A DNA stretch of 64,000 bases, from NCBI RefSeq assembly GCF_018350175.1, contig NC_058368.1:9238001-9302000 (forward strand), given 5' to 3'. The first letter of the stretch is position 1; each line of letters begins with the position of its first letter. Below the pieces are notes generated by a model. The model was not told where the DNA came from. It saw nothing but the letters and a program-made list of their open reading frames with translations, and did no database searches. The position numbers and the translations under genes were made by a program. The DNA is from Felis catus (lineage: Eukaryota). Below, piece after piece: positions 37,041 through 49,200 of this stretch.

Positions 37041-37709
37041 GATTCCCATTCAGCACCTGATTGGAGAACACGAAAGTCCTTAAAAGAGAACCCGAAACTA
37101 TGTAAAATTGCATACGGCATGGAAATAATTGGATAAGGACCTTGGCTCAGGTGGTGGAATTCTGATTCGGATGTTTCCGTTTTTATTTTCTCATTTCCAT
37201 TATTATTATTTTTTTAATTATAGGATTGCTCACATAGTGACTGTCGAAAATGAACCTGATGGTGGAGCTTCAGATGACATAGAAAGCCAGTGGAGGAGAC
37301 GCTTTTGGTTAGGTTGCTTTGTATGTCCTACTAACCTCGGGCAGACAGTCCCCCTTCCGTCCGGCTTGTGACCTTGTTTAAGTCCTGTAAAGGAAGACCC
37401 AAATTCCCAGGAATCATCAGTGATTTCTAGTCATTACGGAAATACTATGGGCAAAGTCTCCAGAAAGAAGGCATCCATCTTTAAGGATCTGAGGGTCAAC
37501 TAAAATTGTAGGAGAAAGTAATTACGAGCGAGATAGATCTGTGATTATGACATTGCTTGGGACGAGAAACGAAAATATCCACAAACTCCCCGAGAGAGGA
37601 CTCAGAATGGGAGAGCTGGGGTGTCACCAGGATAGACCTTGCCCAAACCCCCATGGTTTCTGCCTCCACTCTCTTTCCAGGATACTGTGGGCATAATCGG
37701 AGGGCAGGA

Positions 37710-37815
37710 CCATGTCCATTCCTCTTGGTGCCTTGGCATCTAGCTACAGTACCTGGCACACAGCTGGTGCTGGGGGAAAAAGCAATGAATGAACGAACGG
37801 ATGAATGAATGAACA
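37710..37815 (+). mobile_element. L2 3' end
   Basis: acagtacctggcacacag..gtgct..(tgaa)n tail. Confidence 0.7.
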
Positions 37816-39337
37816 CGGTGACGAAGTGTTGCCGTGAAGTCAGTCAGGTGTGTGCAGCCTGAACTGCCACTTAGGCATCTGTCACCTACTTCCCCTATTC
37901 GTCTTGCCAATTTCTTCGTCGTCCTTTAATCGCATCACTCAGACCTCTCAGCACGGCTTCAGTCGCGGCGTCGTCACTCACAGTGGCAGGTGTCAGGCTT
38001 CGCCCACTGCATTATTCAGTGTGTCACGAGCTGCCTCTGTTCTAAAGGAGAAGGAGCCTCAAAAAAGTGGCTTCCCTACTTGCAGGCATGACACAGTGTC
38101 TTTGCTGCACGAACTTTTGGTCTCCCGCTTGGATCCTACGGAGGTAACCTTTGCGGGGGCCTCAGGGAAAGTGGGACAAAGTGGGTAATGGCACTGAGTG
38201 AAGGCAGTACAGACAACACCTTCCTCTGGGCTCTTAGACAAGCCTTTCCTGGCCCTCTCTGCCCCAGTCCCTCTGCAATAGGACAGGGGTGGCTGTACCC
38301 CCTTGTGCCACCTTCCGGGGTTCTCATGAGAAAAATAGACGGAGAAGCTCTTTGAAAAATTTGATGTTCTATTTAAATGTTCTCTCTGGAGAATGAAGTT
38401 TTCCTAGGGGCACATCTTTTAGCTTTTCCTATAACCCTGTCGCTCCCTAAGCCTTTTTCTTTTCTTTTTTTTTCCTAAATGAGAGAAAAAAAAATCCCAT
38501 GTGCCATTTCCTCCTCCGCCTTTCTCTCATTAGGATTAAAAAAAAAAAAAGGCATTATTTTCTGAGTTCCTCAGCAACTGAACTTTACGAGATAGGAAAT
38601 TCTCAATTCTGAGTCAAAATTCACATGTAAACCGATTTTCTTAACCTGATGGCTACTTATACATTCAGAAAAGCTTCAGATTTCTGTCTTCACATTACCG
38701 TGAACTCTCCATTTCTCCTGAACTTGTTCATCAGTCTCTAGAAAATTCTCCCAGCAACTCCCCCCACCCCCCCCCCCCGCCCACAGTAAGGTCCTCCAGA
38801 TCAGTGTGAAACCCTTAATTTAATAACACCATTATGGCTTCCCAACATGGGTAAATGAGATAAACTACATATACGCCAGGAAAGAAGGAAATTAATTTTT
38901 CTCAGTTGAAAAAAGGAGAAAGCCTTGCAAAAGCAGTAATTTGACAGCTAATAGCAGTAGGGATCATGGAGAATCCCGAATCAAGAGGTGGAGAGGTCAT
39001 GTATCCTTGACAGGTTTCAGAATACCTCCAGAGATCCCAACAGCCACAGATTGGAAAAGACCCAAGAGGCAAAACATTCCTTAAGACACGAGAAGTGATG
39101 GATGGGAGTCTGAAAAGAGAGGACCCCGTCCTATTCCGAACTCAGGTTTGACACCGGGGATTCACATTAAATCCAGAGTCCCCAGAACTTGTGTTTTAGC
39201 TACGTCAAAGACTTTTAGTCAATGTGTTGTTCAGGTCATGAGCAGAAGACACCCAGCACCTTGTTTTCTAGACCCAGATTTTTGGGGAGTGGAAGGGAAG
39301 AGATTCATAATTTACAAGACATTTGAAGTAAAATATA

Positions 39338-39533
39338 GGGGCACCTGGGTTCAGTAGGTGAAGCATCCAACTTTGGCTTGGGTTATGATCTCGCGGTTTG
39401 TGAGTTTGAGCGCCACATCAGGCTCGCTGCTCTCAGCACAGAGGGCACTTCAGATCCTCTGTCCCCCTCTGCACCTCTCTGCCCCTCCCCCTGCTTGCAC
39501 TCCCTCAAAAATAAATAAACATTTCTTAAAATA
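39338..39533 (+). mobile_element. CAN-SINE
   Basis: Head, body and aaaataaataaac tail. Confidence 0.92.
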
Positions 39534-39759
39534 ACGTAAAGTGTACACTAAGATGATTAAAACAACGTGTAGTAATATTTGGGGGTCAATGCAAATGGGT
39601 ACGCTGTGACCAAAACGTGCCGATCGTGTAAAGGTTGGCTGCGGACTAGTAGGTAAAAGAGCCAGGAAGGAGGCCCGGAATTCATCACCGATCCCAAGCT
39701 GGGAAATACGCCAACTTTACTGCATTATTCTTGTGGGGGGAAACAACCCACCACGATTC

Positions 39760-40100
39760 TAGAATGCATTAAAAAGTAAATCGCATCCGAGGGAAGGAGA
39801 AATAGTCATTTTGTTATGCTTCCCAGTGGACTCTTAGAAAACCACAAGCCAACTTGATTATTGCACTTTTCCAAAGATATGGAAAGACTTGAGACCATCC
39901 AGAAAGAACGACACAAATGTCACGAGAGGACGCGTGCGTTCGTCCCGTGAGGGAAGGTTAAAGCCTCAGGACTATTTCACCTCAAAAGGGATGAAGTGTC
40001 GTTGTTTCAAACACATGACAGGTTTGGAGCAGGAGGAGGCTGGTCTTTTGTTTCCTGAGTCTGTGGAGGCCACGACAAACAGTATAGATGGAAATAAGGA
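39760..40100 (+). mobile_element. L3/CR1 LINE relic (3' ORF2 region)
   Basis: Colinear CR1-like blocks: tgcattaa..agggaaggagaaatagtc; gatatggaaagacttgagaccatccaga; gtcccgtgagggaaggttaaag; ttcaaacacatgacagg. Confidence 0.6.
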
Positions 40101-40578
40101 CGATAAATAAGCCCTCTGGTGGCTTTCTGTTTCCTACAGACCACGGCAAAGCTCCTTTGCAGTGCAAGCCCACTTCTCATCACTGCCACCATTTGGCTGC
40201 AAACCCATGCCAGCTGCTGTCCCTCTGCCTCTGTTCCTTTGTGCCTTCCACACATCTTCTTGTCTCCACCAGCCTGGCTGGCAACTTTGCAGGTCCTCTG
40301 GGTTGTACCCACTCATGTTTCTGGCTTCTCCCAACACCAGGAGCTCCCAGCAACGGCGCTGGACCCAAGTGGGAACCCAGTGGAAGGTTGTTAAATCAAT
40401 GAACAATTTAAAGAGGAAATACTTCATGCTAAAGCAAAGGCCAGGAGAGAGATGCCTATTAAGGAATTTGGGGGCAAAATGCTGTGTGCTGTGCTCTGTG
40501 AACTCCTCTTCACCCCCCCGACCCAGTCTTCAGTCAAACCTACGCTGCTCACTAGTACTTTAGGCGGCGGGTTTTCTT

Positions 40579-40764
40579 GGGACGCCTGGGTGGCTCAGTC
40601 GGTTAAGCATTTGACTCTTGATCCCGGCTCAGGTCGTGAGCTCGAGGTTTGTGGGATTAAGCCCTGCATCCAAGCCCTGCTTGGGACTCTCTCTCTCCCT
40701 CTCTCTGCCCTATCCCCACTTGCACTCTCTCTCTCTGTTTCTTTCAAAATAAATAAATAAACTT
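40579..40764 (+). mobile_element. CAN-SINE with internal deletion
   Basis: gacgcctgggtggctcagtcggttaagc head and aaaataaataaataaac tail. Confidence 0.92.
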
Positions 40765-41070
40765 GACGTAGTGGGTTTTGCCTCTGGGAATGTAGTTCAG
40801 TGGGTAGTTCTGCTTCAGGGTGACGAGGGGCGGAACACCTGTGGCTGTCCAACACCTGTGTAACATGGAAAATCTGCTTTGCCTTTGAAGAAGTTTTGCT
40901 CATCCTCCTGTTTACGTCTAGGATCGAATCCCTCGAGAGGACTTTTCTCGGTCTCATTTCCTCACTGATCCCAAAAAAGAGTTCGTGTAGCTAGCTGAGT
41001 AACTAGCTTTTCCCATGGTAGGTTCCCAATAAATTCTTCAGATCTCATGGTAGTTCAACACCCATGCCCA

Positions 41071-41212
41071 TTCTGGGGTAGGAGCCATTGAATTTCTCCA
41101 TTACGCTGACCATCCACGGCTTAGCCCACCTCGGCCTGTCTGTGCAGAATTGTTGCTTAGAGAGTATTGTCCTGGGAGCCACACAGCCTCCTGGGAGGAG
41201 GTGGATGGAGAA
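41071..41212 (+). repeat. Inverted repeat arm A (partner 42268-42410)
   Basis: Reverse complement matches 42268-42410 with 9 substitutions and 1 indel (hand count). Confidence 0.95.
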
Positions 41213-42036
41213 TCTTTTAGAGTTACTCGGCACCTCCACTTGACCTGGGCCCGCTGCCCGGCGAACTTGACGAAGTACAGGGAGAACGCAGTGGTAGCAA
41301 TTGGCCCTCTACCACCGGAGACCTCGTTTGGCAAACTCTATTTTCCTGAAGCCATACTGCATTTTACGAGACCAGAAGGGATGGCGAGACTTCAGCTAGG
41401 TCACGCCTGTCTGTCTGAGCAGAACGGAACTCTAGTTCAGAGTTAGTTCCGAAGAGCTAGTTGCAGAAAGCTGGCTCTTCCTCTAAATCCCTACATGCCC
41501 CGATGACATTTCATCTTTTTATTTGTTTCCAAACCACGTTCCTCTCCCAAACAAGCCTTTGCTGTGTTTGCTTTAAGATACATTAGAACTCCAGTTTCCC
41601 ACTGTGCCTTTGTACCCCTTTGCCAAAATTATGCAAATTAAGAATAACCCCAATCTGGTTGGGGTTGCTGGTGATTGAAGAGTAATTGGGCTGTAATGTG
41701 CTAATCCGTATGCTAATATTTGTCCCTGAAGATACAGAGACCTGAAAACGCTAATGTGAGAGCCCCTCCATAACAGACTAAGATAGCTGGGAGTTTGGGG
41801 GAGGAGGAGAGAGGCGGGGAGCCAGATGGGGCTGAGAAGTCGCATGAGGGAATGGGCCTTCTGGAAACAGTGAGGGTTTTCGTTGGCTTCCTTACATTTC
41901 CCAGACTTGCAATGGTGACTACGTGTTACTATTACGAGCGGGAAACTGAACGTGAACCGTGGGAAGGAAAGATGATGAGGGACGCAGAAGCAGATGAGAG
42001 GGAGGTAGAGATGGGCCTTGCCAGAGCATCTCCCGG

Positions 42037-42070
42037 GAAGAGTTGGGTGCAGGAACGTTCCGCGGCACCT
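42037..42070 (+). repeat. ~34-bp direct repeat D1 (partner 42408-42442) flanking the composite insertion
   Basis: gaagagttgggtgcaggaacgttccgcggcacct vs gaagagttgggtgcagggacgttccacagccccct. Confidence 0.9.
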
Positions 42071-42410
42071 GGCTGGAGTCTTTCAACTCTATGGTGTATA
42101 TGTGGGATCCACCTGCTTCCTGGCGAAGGAAGCGGGGAGAATTCGCTAAAGAAATCTTTAATATCTCCGAGAAGACATTAAAGGGTTTTAAGAGTGTCAC
42201 AGAAAAAGACACATGTGACCAGGAAAGGACAGCCAGTCACTTATCATGGAAGTTCAGAGCTTCCTGCTTCTCCATCCACCTCCTCCCAGGAAACCGTGTG
42301 GCTCCAAGGACAATACTCTCTAAGCAACAATTCTGCACAGATGGGCCGAGGTGGGCTAACACGTGGATGGTCAACGTTAATGGAGAAATTCAATGGCTCC
42401 TACCCCAGAA
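42069..42410 (+). other. Composite templated insertion: inverted copy of 43138-43337 joined to inverted copy of 41071-41212
   Basis: Direct alignment on both strands; also visible as duplicated peptides in the ORF track (MSFSVTLLKPF..., ..APRTILSKQQFCTD..). Confidence 0.92.
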
Positions 42411-43137
42411 GAGTTGGGTGCAGGGACGTTCCACAGCCCCCTAGGGTCCGGGGGAGCGGCAGAGTCAGCTTTTAGGTGGTGAAGGCCCCAGCCGTGGCAC
42501 CATGGGTCTCGGGGCCCTTGAGTCTGAGAGAAATCAGAAACGACTTCACACCCAGTAGGAGAGGCAAATGCGAACACCACTCGGAAACTGTAAATGCCAT
42601 ACCCAGACCGTGTCTCTCCGTTCATTCCTTCAACACAATGTGTTCTACGAATAGAGATTAACTACAGTCCCAGCGCAGTACCCTCTCCTCTCTGTGGGGG
42701 AAGGGAAGATAAGTAGAGATGAATAAAACATCCTTTTCCTGTCTAAGGAGAAGAAGGCTTTCTGAAGGGAGCTCTGGTAATGAACTTGCAAGGGCAGTCT
42801 GTGGCCGGGGGCCTTCTCGTGGCTTCTGGCAGCAAAGAGCTCTGGCCCCCTGGGCTGACTGAGGGCTTAGCCAGGAGGGACGGAGAGGAGGCCATTGGGG
42901 ATGGTGGGATGATTGACTGGTTGCTTCGGAGAGGTGCTGAAGAAGGGCTGTGACCTCCTCGCATGGAAGGTCTTAAGAAAGAAGGTGGTGATCATGCAAA
43001 GTGCCTCAAACGGCGGCCCTTTGTTTGGGGGCTGCCTCTGGCCGCGTTCTACACTTGATCTTAGCCAGAAGGCCGAGAAACGACGGCCATGTTCTATCCC
43101 ATACCTTCATCAAACCCTTCCCACACATGATCCCACC

Positions 43138-43337
43138 AGCGGGAAGCTCTGAACTTCCATGATAAGTGACCGGCTGTCCTTTCCTGGTCACGTGTGTCTT
43201 TTTCTGTGACACTCTTAAAACCCTTTCATGTCTTCTCGGAGATATTAAAGATTTCTTCAGCGAATTCTCCCCGCTTCCTTCGCCAGGAAGCAGGTGGATC
43301 CCACATATACACCATAGAGTTGAAAGACTCCAGCCAG
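43138..43337 (+). repeat. Inverted repeat arm C (partner 42069-42268)
   Basis: 200 bp with 5 substitutions (hand count). Confidence 0.95.
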
Positions 43338-43890
43338 AGAGACACGAGTGCCATCAATGAAAGCAGCAACCTGTCAGAGAATAATGTGAATCATCTGGAC
43401 CAGCGGAAGCCATTTTCAAGGCGTACCTTTCTGATGTCATGGCTTCTGGTTTCCAGGCTCTGGTCTCAAATGGTCTCAGGCAAAGTACGTTAATACTGAT
43501 GCCATTTATTTGTACCAACGTACGGGAAAGGTGGTGGAAATGTTGGAAGACCTCTGCAGTCTCATTAGTTGGGTTGAGGCTAGGACCCTGCTTTCCACGC
43601 CGGAAATTGGGTCTAAAACCAGGAAAGTGAAATCTCCCAACGACGCAAATAACGTGCCATATGGGTACAGGTGATCAGTGCTCAGTGCCCGTTCTAGACG
43701 AAAGGTGTCTCCAGGATACTCTTTTAACAAAAGTAATGAGCTGTTCTTTGGTTGTAGGAAAAGAGGATGTTTGTTGATCACACGTCTTTTTAATCAGTAA
43801 TAGACACAGATGTTTTCCCATAGTTTTTTTTCTGACACAACTTCTCTAATCAAAGGTTCTCAGCATAAAAATAAAGGAGACAGATTTCTT

Positions 43891-44110
43891 TTTTTTTTTT
43901 TTTCAATGTTTATTTTTATTTTTGGGACAGAGAGAGAGAGAGAGCATGAACGGGGGAGGGGCAGAGAGAGAGGGAGACGCAGAATCGGAAACAGGCTCCA
44001 GGCTCCGAGCCATCAGCCCAGAGCCCGACGCGGGGCTCGAACTCACGGACCGTGAGATCGTGACCTGGCTGAAGTCGGACGCTTAACCAACTGCGCCACC
44101 CAGGCGCCCC
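43891..44110 (-). mobile_element. Young CAN-SINE (SINEC_Fc type)
   Basis: TSD GAGACAGATTTCTT. Confidence 0.97.
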
Positions 44111-45154
44111 GAGACAGATTTCTTTAAGCCACCAGAAGCGTCTCCTCTCTTAACTTCTGTGTTGTTGGCTCAACGTAAGTTACCCTGAAAACGACCACCT
44201 CCAAAGCCCTGAAAGTTCTCCTTGAATCATTTCACCCTAACAGGCTCTCTTATTTCATATAAACACAGCAGCAGGTACAATGCTTTAGGCAGGCAGAAAC
44301 ACGACAGGCGTCAAGCAAGAGTTGGGTTAGTTTGCGCCCATCTCGTTCAGACTAGAGCTTTGTATAATTTCATTCCTCTCTCTATCAATAACAATCCATC
44401 TGTCCTTGAAAAAAAAAATTCATTGACCTTCTCCAGGCTTCAGCTGGCTTGTCTGTCAAAAGATGGCTGAACTAAGTGTGTTTCCAAGTACCTCCTGGTT
44501 TAACTAAGCTGCCACGCTGAAGTAGTGTCCCCCCGCGGGACACGAGGGAGGAACAGCAAGGCCACCCCCCTGCCCCCCGCCCTCCTGACGACGCAGCCAG
44601 GTGCTCTCGGCTTCAGAACATGCTTTTATGTTCTCTCTTGTCTGACCGGAAGGAAAAGTTGGGACAGCCCGACTTTTGCTTCAAGGTCCAGCTCCAATAC
44701 CTTCTCTTGATCTGTCCGTCCCTCCTCCTTCCGCGTGTGTCAGCGGCTATACGTACATACGATGCAGGATCAACTCAGTTCTACAGGCGTGCCCCGAGCA
44801 CTTTATACATATCCCGATTACAAAAGAGGCATTTCTACGATGATGGCTAAGTTTCAGGATCAGTGAGGGGGGCAAAGTGGTCACAGACAGAATTTACCTT
44901 TGAAAAACCCTCAAGCTATCCCATGTGTGAGGGACTGTGTTTAGGAAAACTACTCCCGTCTTTCCCCCCGCCCCCGCCGTTTTATTGAGATATAATGGAC
45001 ATATAACACTGTATAAGTCGAAGATGTACAACATAATGATTTGATATATGATGTATTTTGTAAAATGATCACCACAGTAAGCTTAGTGAACATCCATACC
45101 CACGCATAGTTATTTTTTCTTGTAATGAGAACTGTTAAGATCTTCCTTACCAAC

Positions 45155-45211
45155 TTTTTTTTTAAGTTTACTTATTTATTTTGAGAGAGAGGGTGTGAGC
45201 TGGGAAGTGGC

Positions 45212-45244
<33 letters not shown>

Positions 45245-45377
45245 AAGAATCCCAAACAGCCTCTGCACGGTCAGTGAGGAGCCTGATGTGGGGCTCGAAC
45301 CCACGAACCATGAGACCATGGCCTGAGCTGAAAATCAAGAGTCTGACACTTAACCGACTGAGCCACTGAGGTGCCCC
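45155..45377 (-). mobile_element. CAN-SINE
   Basis: Full body inside the L1. Confidence 0.93.
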
Positions 45378-45414
45378 TCTTCGCAACGACTTTCTAATAG
45401 GCACTGCAGTATTA

Positions 45415-45630
45415 AAATTTTTTTTTTCAACGTTTATTTATTTTTGGGACAGAGAGAGACAGAGCATGAACGGGGGAGGGGCAGAGAGAGAGGGAGACAC
45501 AGAATCGGAAACAGGCTCCAGGCTCTGAGCCATCAGCCCAGAGCCTGACGCGGGGCTCGAACTCACGGGCCGCGAGATCGTGACCTGGCTGAAGTCGGAC
45601 GCTTAACTGACTGCGCCACCCAGGCGCCCC
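45415..45630 (-). mobile_element. Young CAN-SINE (SINEC_Fc type)
   Basis: TSD ATAGGCACTGCAGTATTA. Confidence 0.97.
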
Positions 45631-46652
45631 ATAGGCACTGCAGTATTATTAACTGTAGTCACCGTGCTATACATTGCATCCCCTGAGCTTGTTTATTTTA
45701 ATAGCTGGAAATTTGTACCTTTTGACCCCCTTCACCCCTTGCCCCCACCCCAAACACCAGCCTCTGGCAACCGCCAATTATTCTCTGTTTCTGTGAGCTT
45801 ATTTTCTTCTGCTTCCGCATATAAGTGAGATTATACAGCATTTGTCTGTCTCTGACTTATTTCACTTAGCATAATGCCCTCAAGGTCCCTCTGTGCCATC
45901 GCAGGTGGCAGGATTTCTTGCCTTTTCATGGCTGAGTAACATCCCATTGTGTATGGACGCATACCACATTTCCTTTATCCATTCGTCTGGTGACGGGCAT
46001 TGAAGTTGTTCCCATGTCTCGGTTATAGCGAATAATGCTGCAGGAAACGTGGGGGCACAGCTATCTGTCTGGGGTATGGATCTCCTTTCTTGTGGCTAAA
46101 TACCCAGAGGGGGAGCTGCTGGATCGTACCCGAGTTGTACTTTTCATTTTTTGAGGAACCTCCACACTGTTCCCCATAGTGGCTACATGAACGGTGCATA
46201 TGGGTTCTCTTTCCTCCGCACCCTCGCCAACACTTGTTATCTCATATCATCTTGGTATTAGCCATTCTGACGGGCTTGAAGGGATAGCTCATTGTGGGAA
46301 AACTACCAATGTCTTTATCACTGTCAGTATGTCGGCTCGGGAGGCATCTGGGCCAGGAGAGTCAGGAGAGTGGGTCTGGTCAGAGCCTTGCCGCTTGGGC
46401 TCCTGAGATAGTCATGCCTTTCTCTCTTTCCCTGGAAAGCCCAGTGCTCAGGAGAGGAAACTTGGGCACCTCTCCGATTGTGTCGGCTTAGTATCACCCA
46501 GCCGTCTCCTGGGCAGTTCTTGAGTGATGTCAAGTCTAGGGTCATGTCTCTTCATCTTCGGCGCTCAGCAGGGCTCAGGCTTTCTCTGGAAGCACACAGC
46601 GAATGACTGGCTGACCCACAGACCATTTACCTTACATTAAAACCATATTCCT

Positions 46653-46856
46653 GGGGCGCCTGGGTTGGCTCGGTCGGTTAAGTGTCAGACTTCGGCTGAG
46701 GCCATGATCTTGCGGTTCGTGAGTTCGAGCCCCACATCTGGCTCTGTGCTGGCTGTGCAGAGCCTGCTTGGAATTCTCTGTCTCTCTGCCCCTCCCCTGC
46801 TTGTGATCTCTCTCTCAAAATAAATCAATAAACTAAAAAAAAAAAAAAAAAAAAAA
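46653..46856 (+). mobile_element. CAN-SINE
   Basis: Full body with long A tail. Confidence 0.95.
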
Positions 46857-48423
46857 TTCCTGCACAGGAAGTCAGTGACCTTTATTTTAAAGAGACCTTT
46901 GTAATAAGCCATCTCCACTGAATGAGAAAGGAGACCCAGGATCCAGAGAACAAGGGATGGTGGCACCCAACGGATTTCGCGGCGCGTGTCCTTGGGGCTG
47001 CGACTTATCTCTTCCACCCCCAGGGAGCCAGGACAGGTCAGCTGTTGCAGACACCAGTCACGGGGTGGTTTCTATATTAAATGACCTGTTGTACTAATGG
47101 TGGGGTACCAAGGGGGTGGGGACCAAGGACATTAGTAGGAGCAACTGGGTGCCCCACAGCAGGAAGCAGCCACTGTGAGACCGTCACGGGACTGAGAGAC
47201 AAGGCGTTTCATCACAATCGTTCAGGGGTGTCTCTGTCCCTCGCAGGTTGGTTTCGCTCTTACTTTTTTTTTTTTTTTTCTCCTGAGCCCAGGCCCCCTT
47301 GACGTGCCCTGGCCACCACCGCGATCATTCTTTTTCCATCTTCTCCAAGCACTCAGCTTCAATTGGGGAACGAGGTGGGGAAGGCTTTCCTCCACCTCCC
47401 TGTATTCAGGAGCCCTGCGTCCGCTCTCTGCCGACTTCCTAGTCCAGCTCGTAAGCTAACTACTCGACCGCGATCAGTCAGTGCAGGGGGCACAAATGGA
47501 TAGACTCGGGGCACCCCTCTCCCCTCCACCCTCCCAGCCCAAGTGGTGGCCGACCCCCCCCGAGTCGGGGAGCCTGGCAAGCCACGGTCTCCCTCCTTGG
47601 GGTCCACTACATTTTCCCACCTCCACGGTCACGAGGGGAGAGGCCCGACACGTCTACATCTAGATTTGGGGTTTAGTCCCAACGAAGCTGGGAAGGAAAC
47701 ACGCATTCGCGTCTATGAGGCACCCTCTTTTATGCTTCTCTCCCAAGTCCCATGCAGCAAGCAACTGGAGGCAGCTGTTGGGGGAAAGCAGGGCTTGCTT
47801 GTCCTTACCTCTCCTGCCCCCATCGGGGGGGACAGCTCCGGCTCCGAGGGAAGACTCCCGGGGCAGGAAAGGGTCAACGCGGACAGAAATTTCCCGAGGC
47901 CCTAGACACTGTTTTGAGAGCGAAGGGAAGTCTGGGAGCGGGGAGTAAATGATGGGTGTTATTTTCAGTTGCCGGTTTAAATTATTAGTGTCCTCTGCTT
48001 AGCTGTCATCCTGAGCACCGAAGTTACAGCCTTGGCCTCACGACGATCTGTGTCCCTGCCCAACCGACCAGGCACGGGCGAGGAGCATCCCGTGCTGTCT
48101 GAGGACCCCGAACCTTCCCTTGCAGCCATAGGCAGCTGAGCTGCCCACCAGGCTGACAGACCCACGCCTGGCAGCGGGCATGTGTCGGCCCCGCCTGGCT
48201 GTGCCGTCCTCGCGGTTAGCGGTTTACGACCACAGAAAACAGGGGCGGCTGCAACTCAGGATGAACCTACGTCAGCCTATCCTACGTCTAGAGAAAAGGG
48301 CTTTAAGTATTAGAGAAAGCGAGATCCTGGATCGCCTGCCCTTGTTTTCTTGTTCCTCCTTTAACCACTCTGGCCTGATGTCCTGAAGGGACCTGAGCCA
48401 CGTTCCTGGCAGGGGTCTCCCCA

Positions 48424-48443
48424 TCTCTCTCTCTCTGTCTCTG

Positions 48444-48474
<31 letters not shown>

Positions 48475-48476
48475 CT
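48424..48476. repeat. (CT)n/(CTGT)n microsatellite
   Basis: Directly visible. Confidence 0.9.
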
Positions 48477-48860
48477 TAAACCCTGCACGGATGCCCCTCC
48501 ACTCCTCTCCACTCTCATGCATAAATTCTCTTCTCAGTTCCTCTTAATAATTTACTCAGCCACTGAAAATAACACCCGCAGTGGGCTCCAAGCTTCCAGA
48601 CTTTCTTGAGCTCTCAAACAGATACAAGAGCCTTCGGGAATCTGTGCGCGGCCGTCCCGTTGGTTCTTACGACCCCCCGCTCTCCGTCCTCCCAGAGGGG
48701 AACATTCGGCGTGCGGAATATTTAGGGCCTTTCTTCTCCTTTTTCGCTGCTGCCCCACAGCATGGCATTTCACCAGGCAGCTTACATCCCTTCAGAAAGT
48801 GGACCAGATCAGGGACAGAAGAGAACACTCAAGGGCAGATCCTTCTTGCCACAGCATTTG

Positions 48861-48863
<3 letters not shown>

Positions 48864-48892
<29 letters not shown>
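48864..48892. repeat. (AT)n microsatellite
   Basis: Directly visible. Confidence 0.9.
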
Positions 48893-48895
<3 letters not shown>

Positions 48896-49200
48896 GGTAC
48901 TGGAGGATTTTGAAATTAACAACACAAATATGACGGCGTGGGTTTATTTATAAATTTCGATTTCCCATGCTAAGAATGGTTCATCATGGTCCAGAAAAGG
49001 AGCGTCTGTTTACACGTTCAATTTCCTGATGATCGCAACACTGCGAACACAGAAAATCCAGAGGAGAGCTGTCGAGGCTGCAAAGTTTCTTTCCTTTATC
49101 TATTGTCTGATGCACAGTGCAGGGTTAAGTGCATAGCAGCATCTCACTAAATTCGTTCCGGTCTTTTGAGAGTAGCTTCACATTGTCAAAAGTATATTTT

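Larger units (their letters stand above)
44980..46297 (-). mobile_element. L1 3' end (L1MA-like) carrying two SINE insertions
   Basis: ttttattgagatataat..tgtacaac..ataagtgagat..tgacttatttcacttagcataatgccctcaaggt..ttttttgaggaacctccacactgtt..agccattctgac. Confidence 0.9.

Noticed and set aside
42037..42442. Insert interpreted as a novel transposon with TSD, or as a CRISPR-like repeat-spacer unit
   Set aside because: No terminal inverted repeats, LTRs or tail; the whole insert derives from local sequence; only two repeat copies and no cas genes in a mammalian context.
41919..43493. Duplicated ORFs resembling paralogous small genes
   Set aside because: Fully explained by the inverted DNA copies; similarity stops at the duplication breakpoints.
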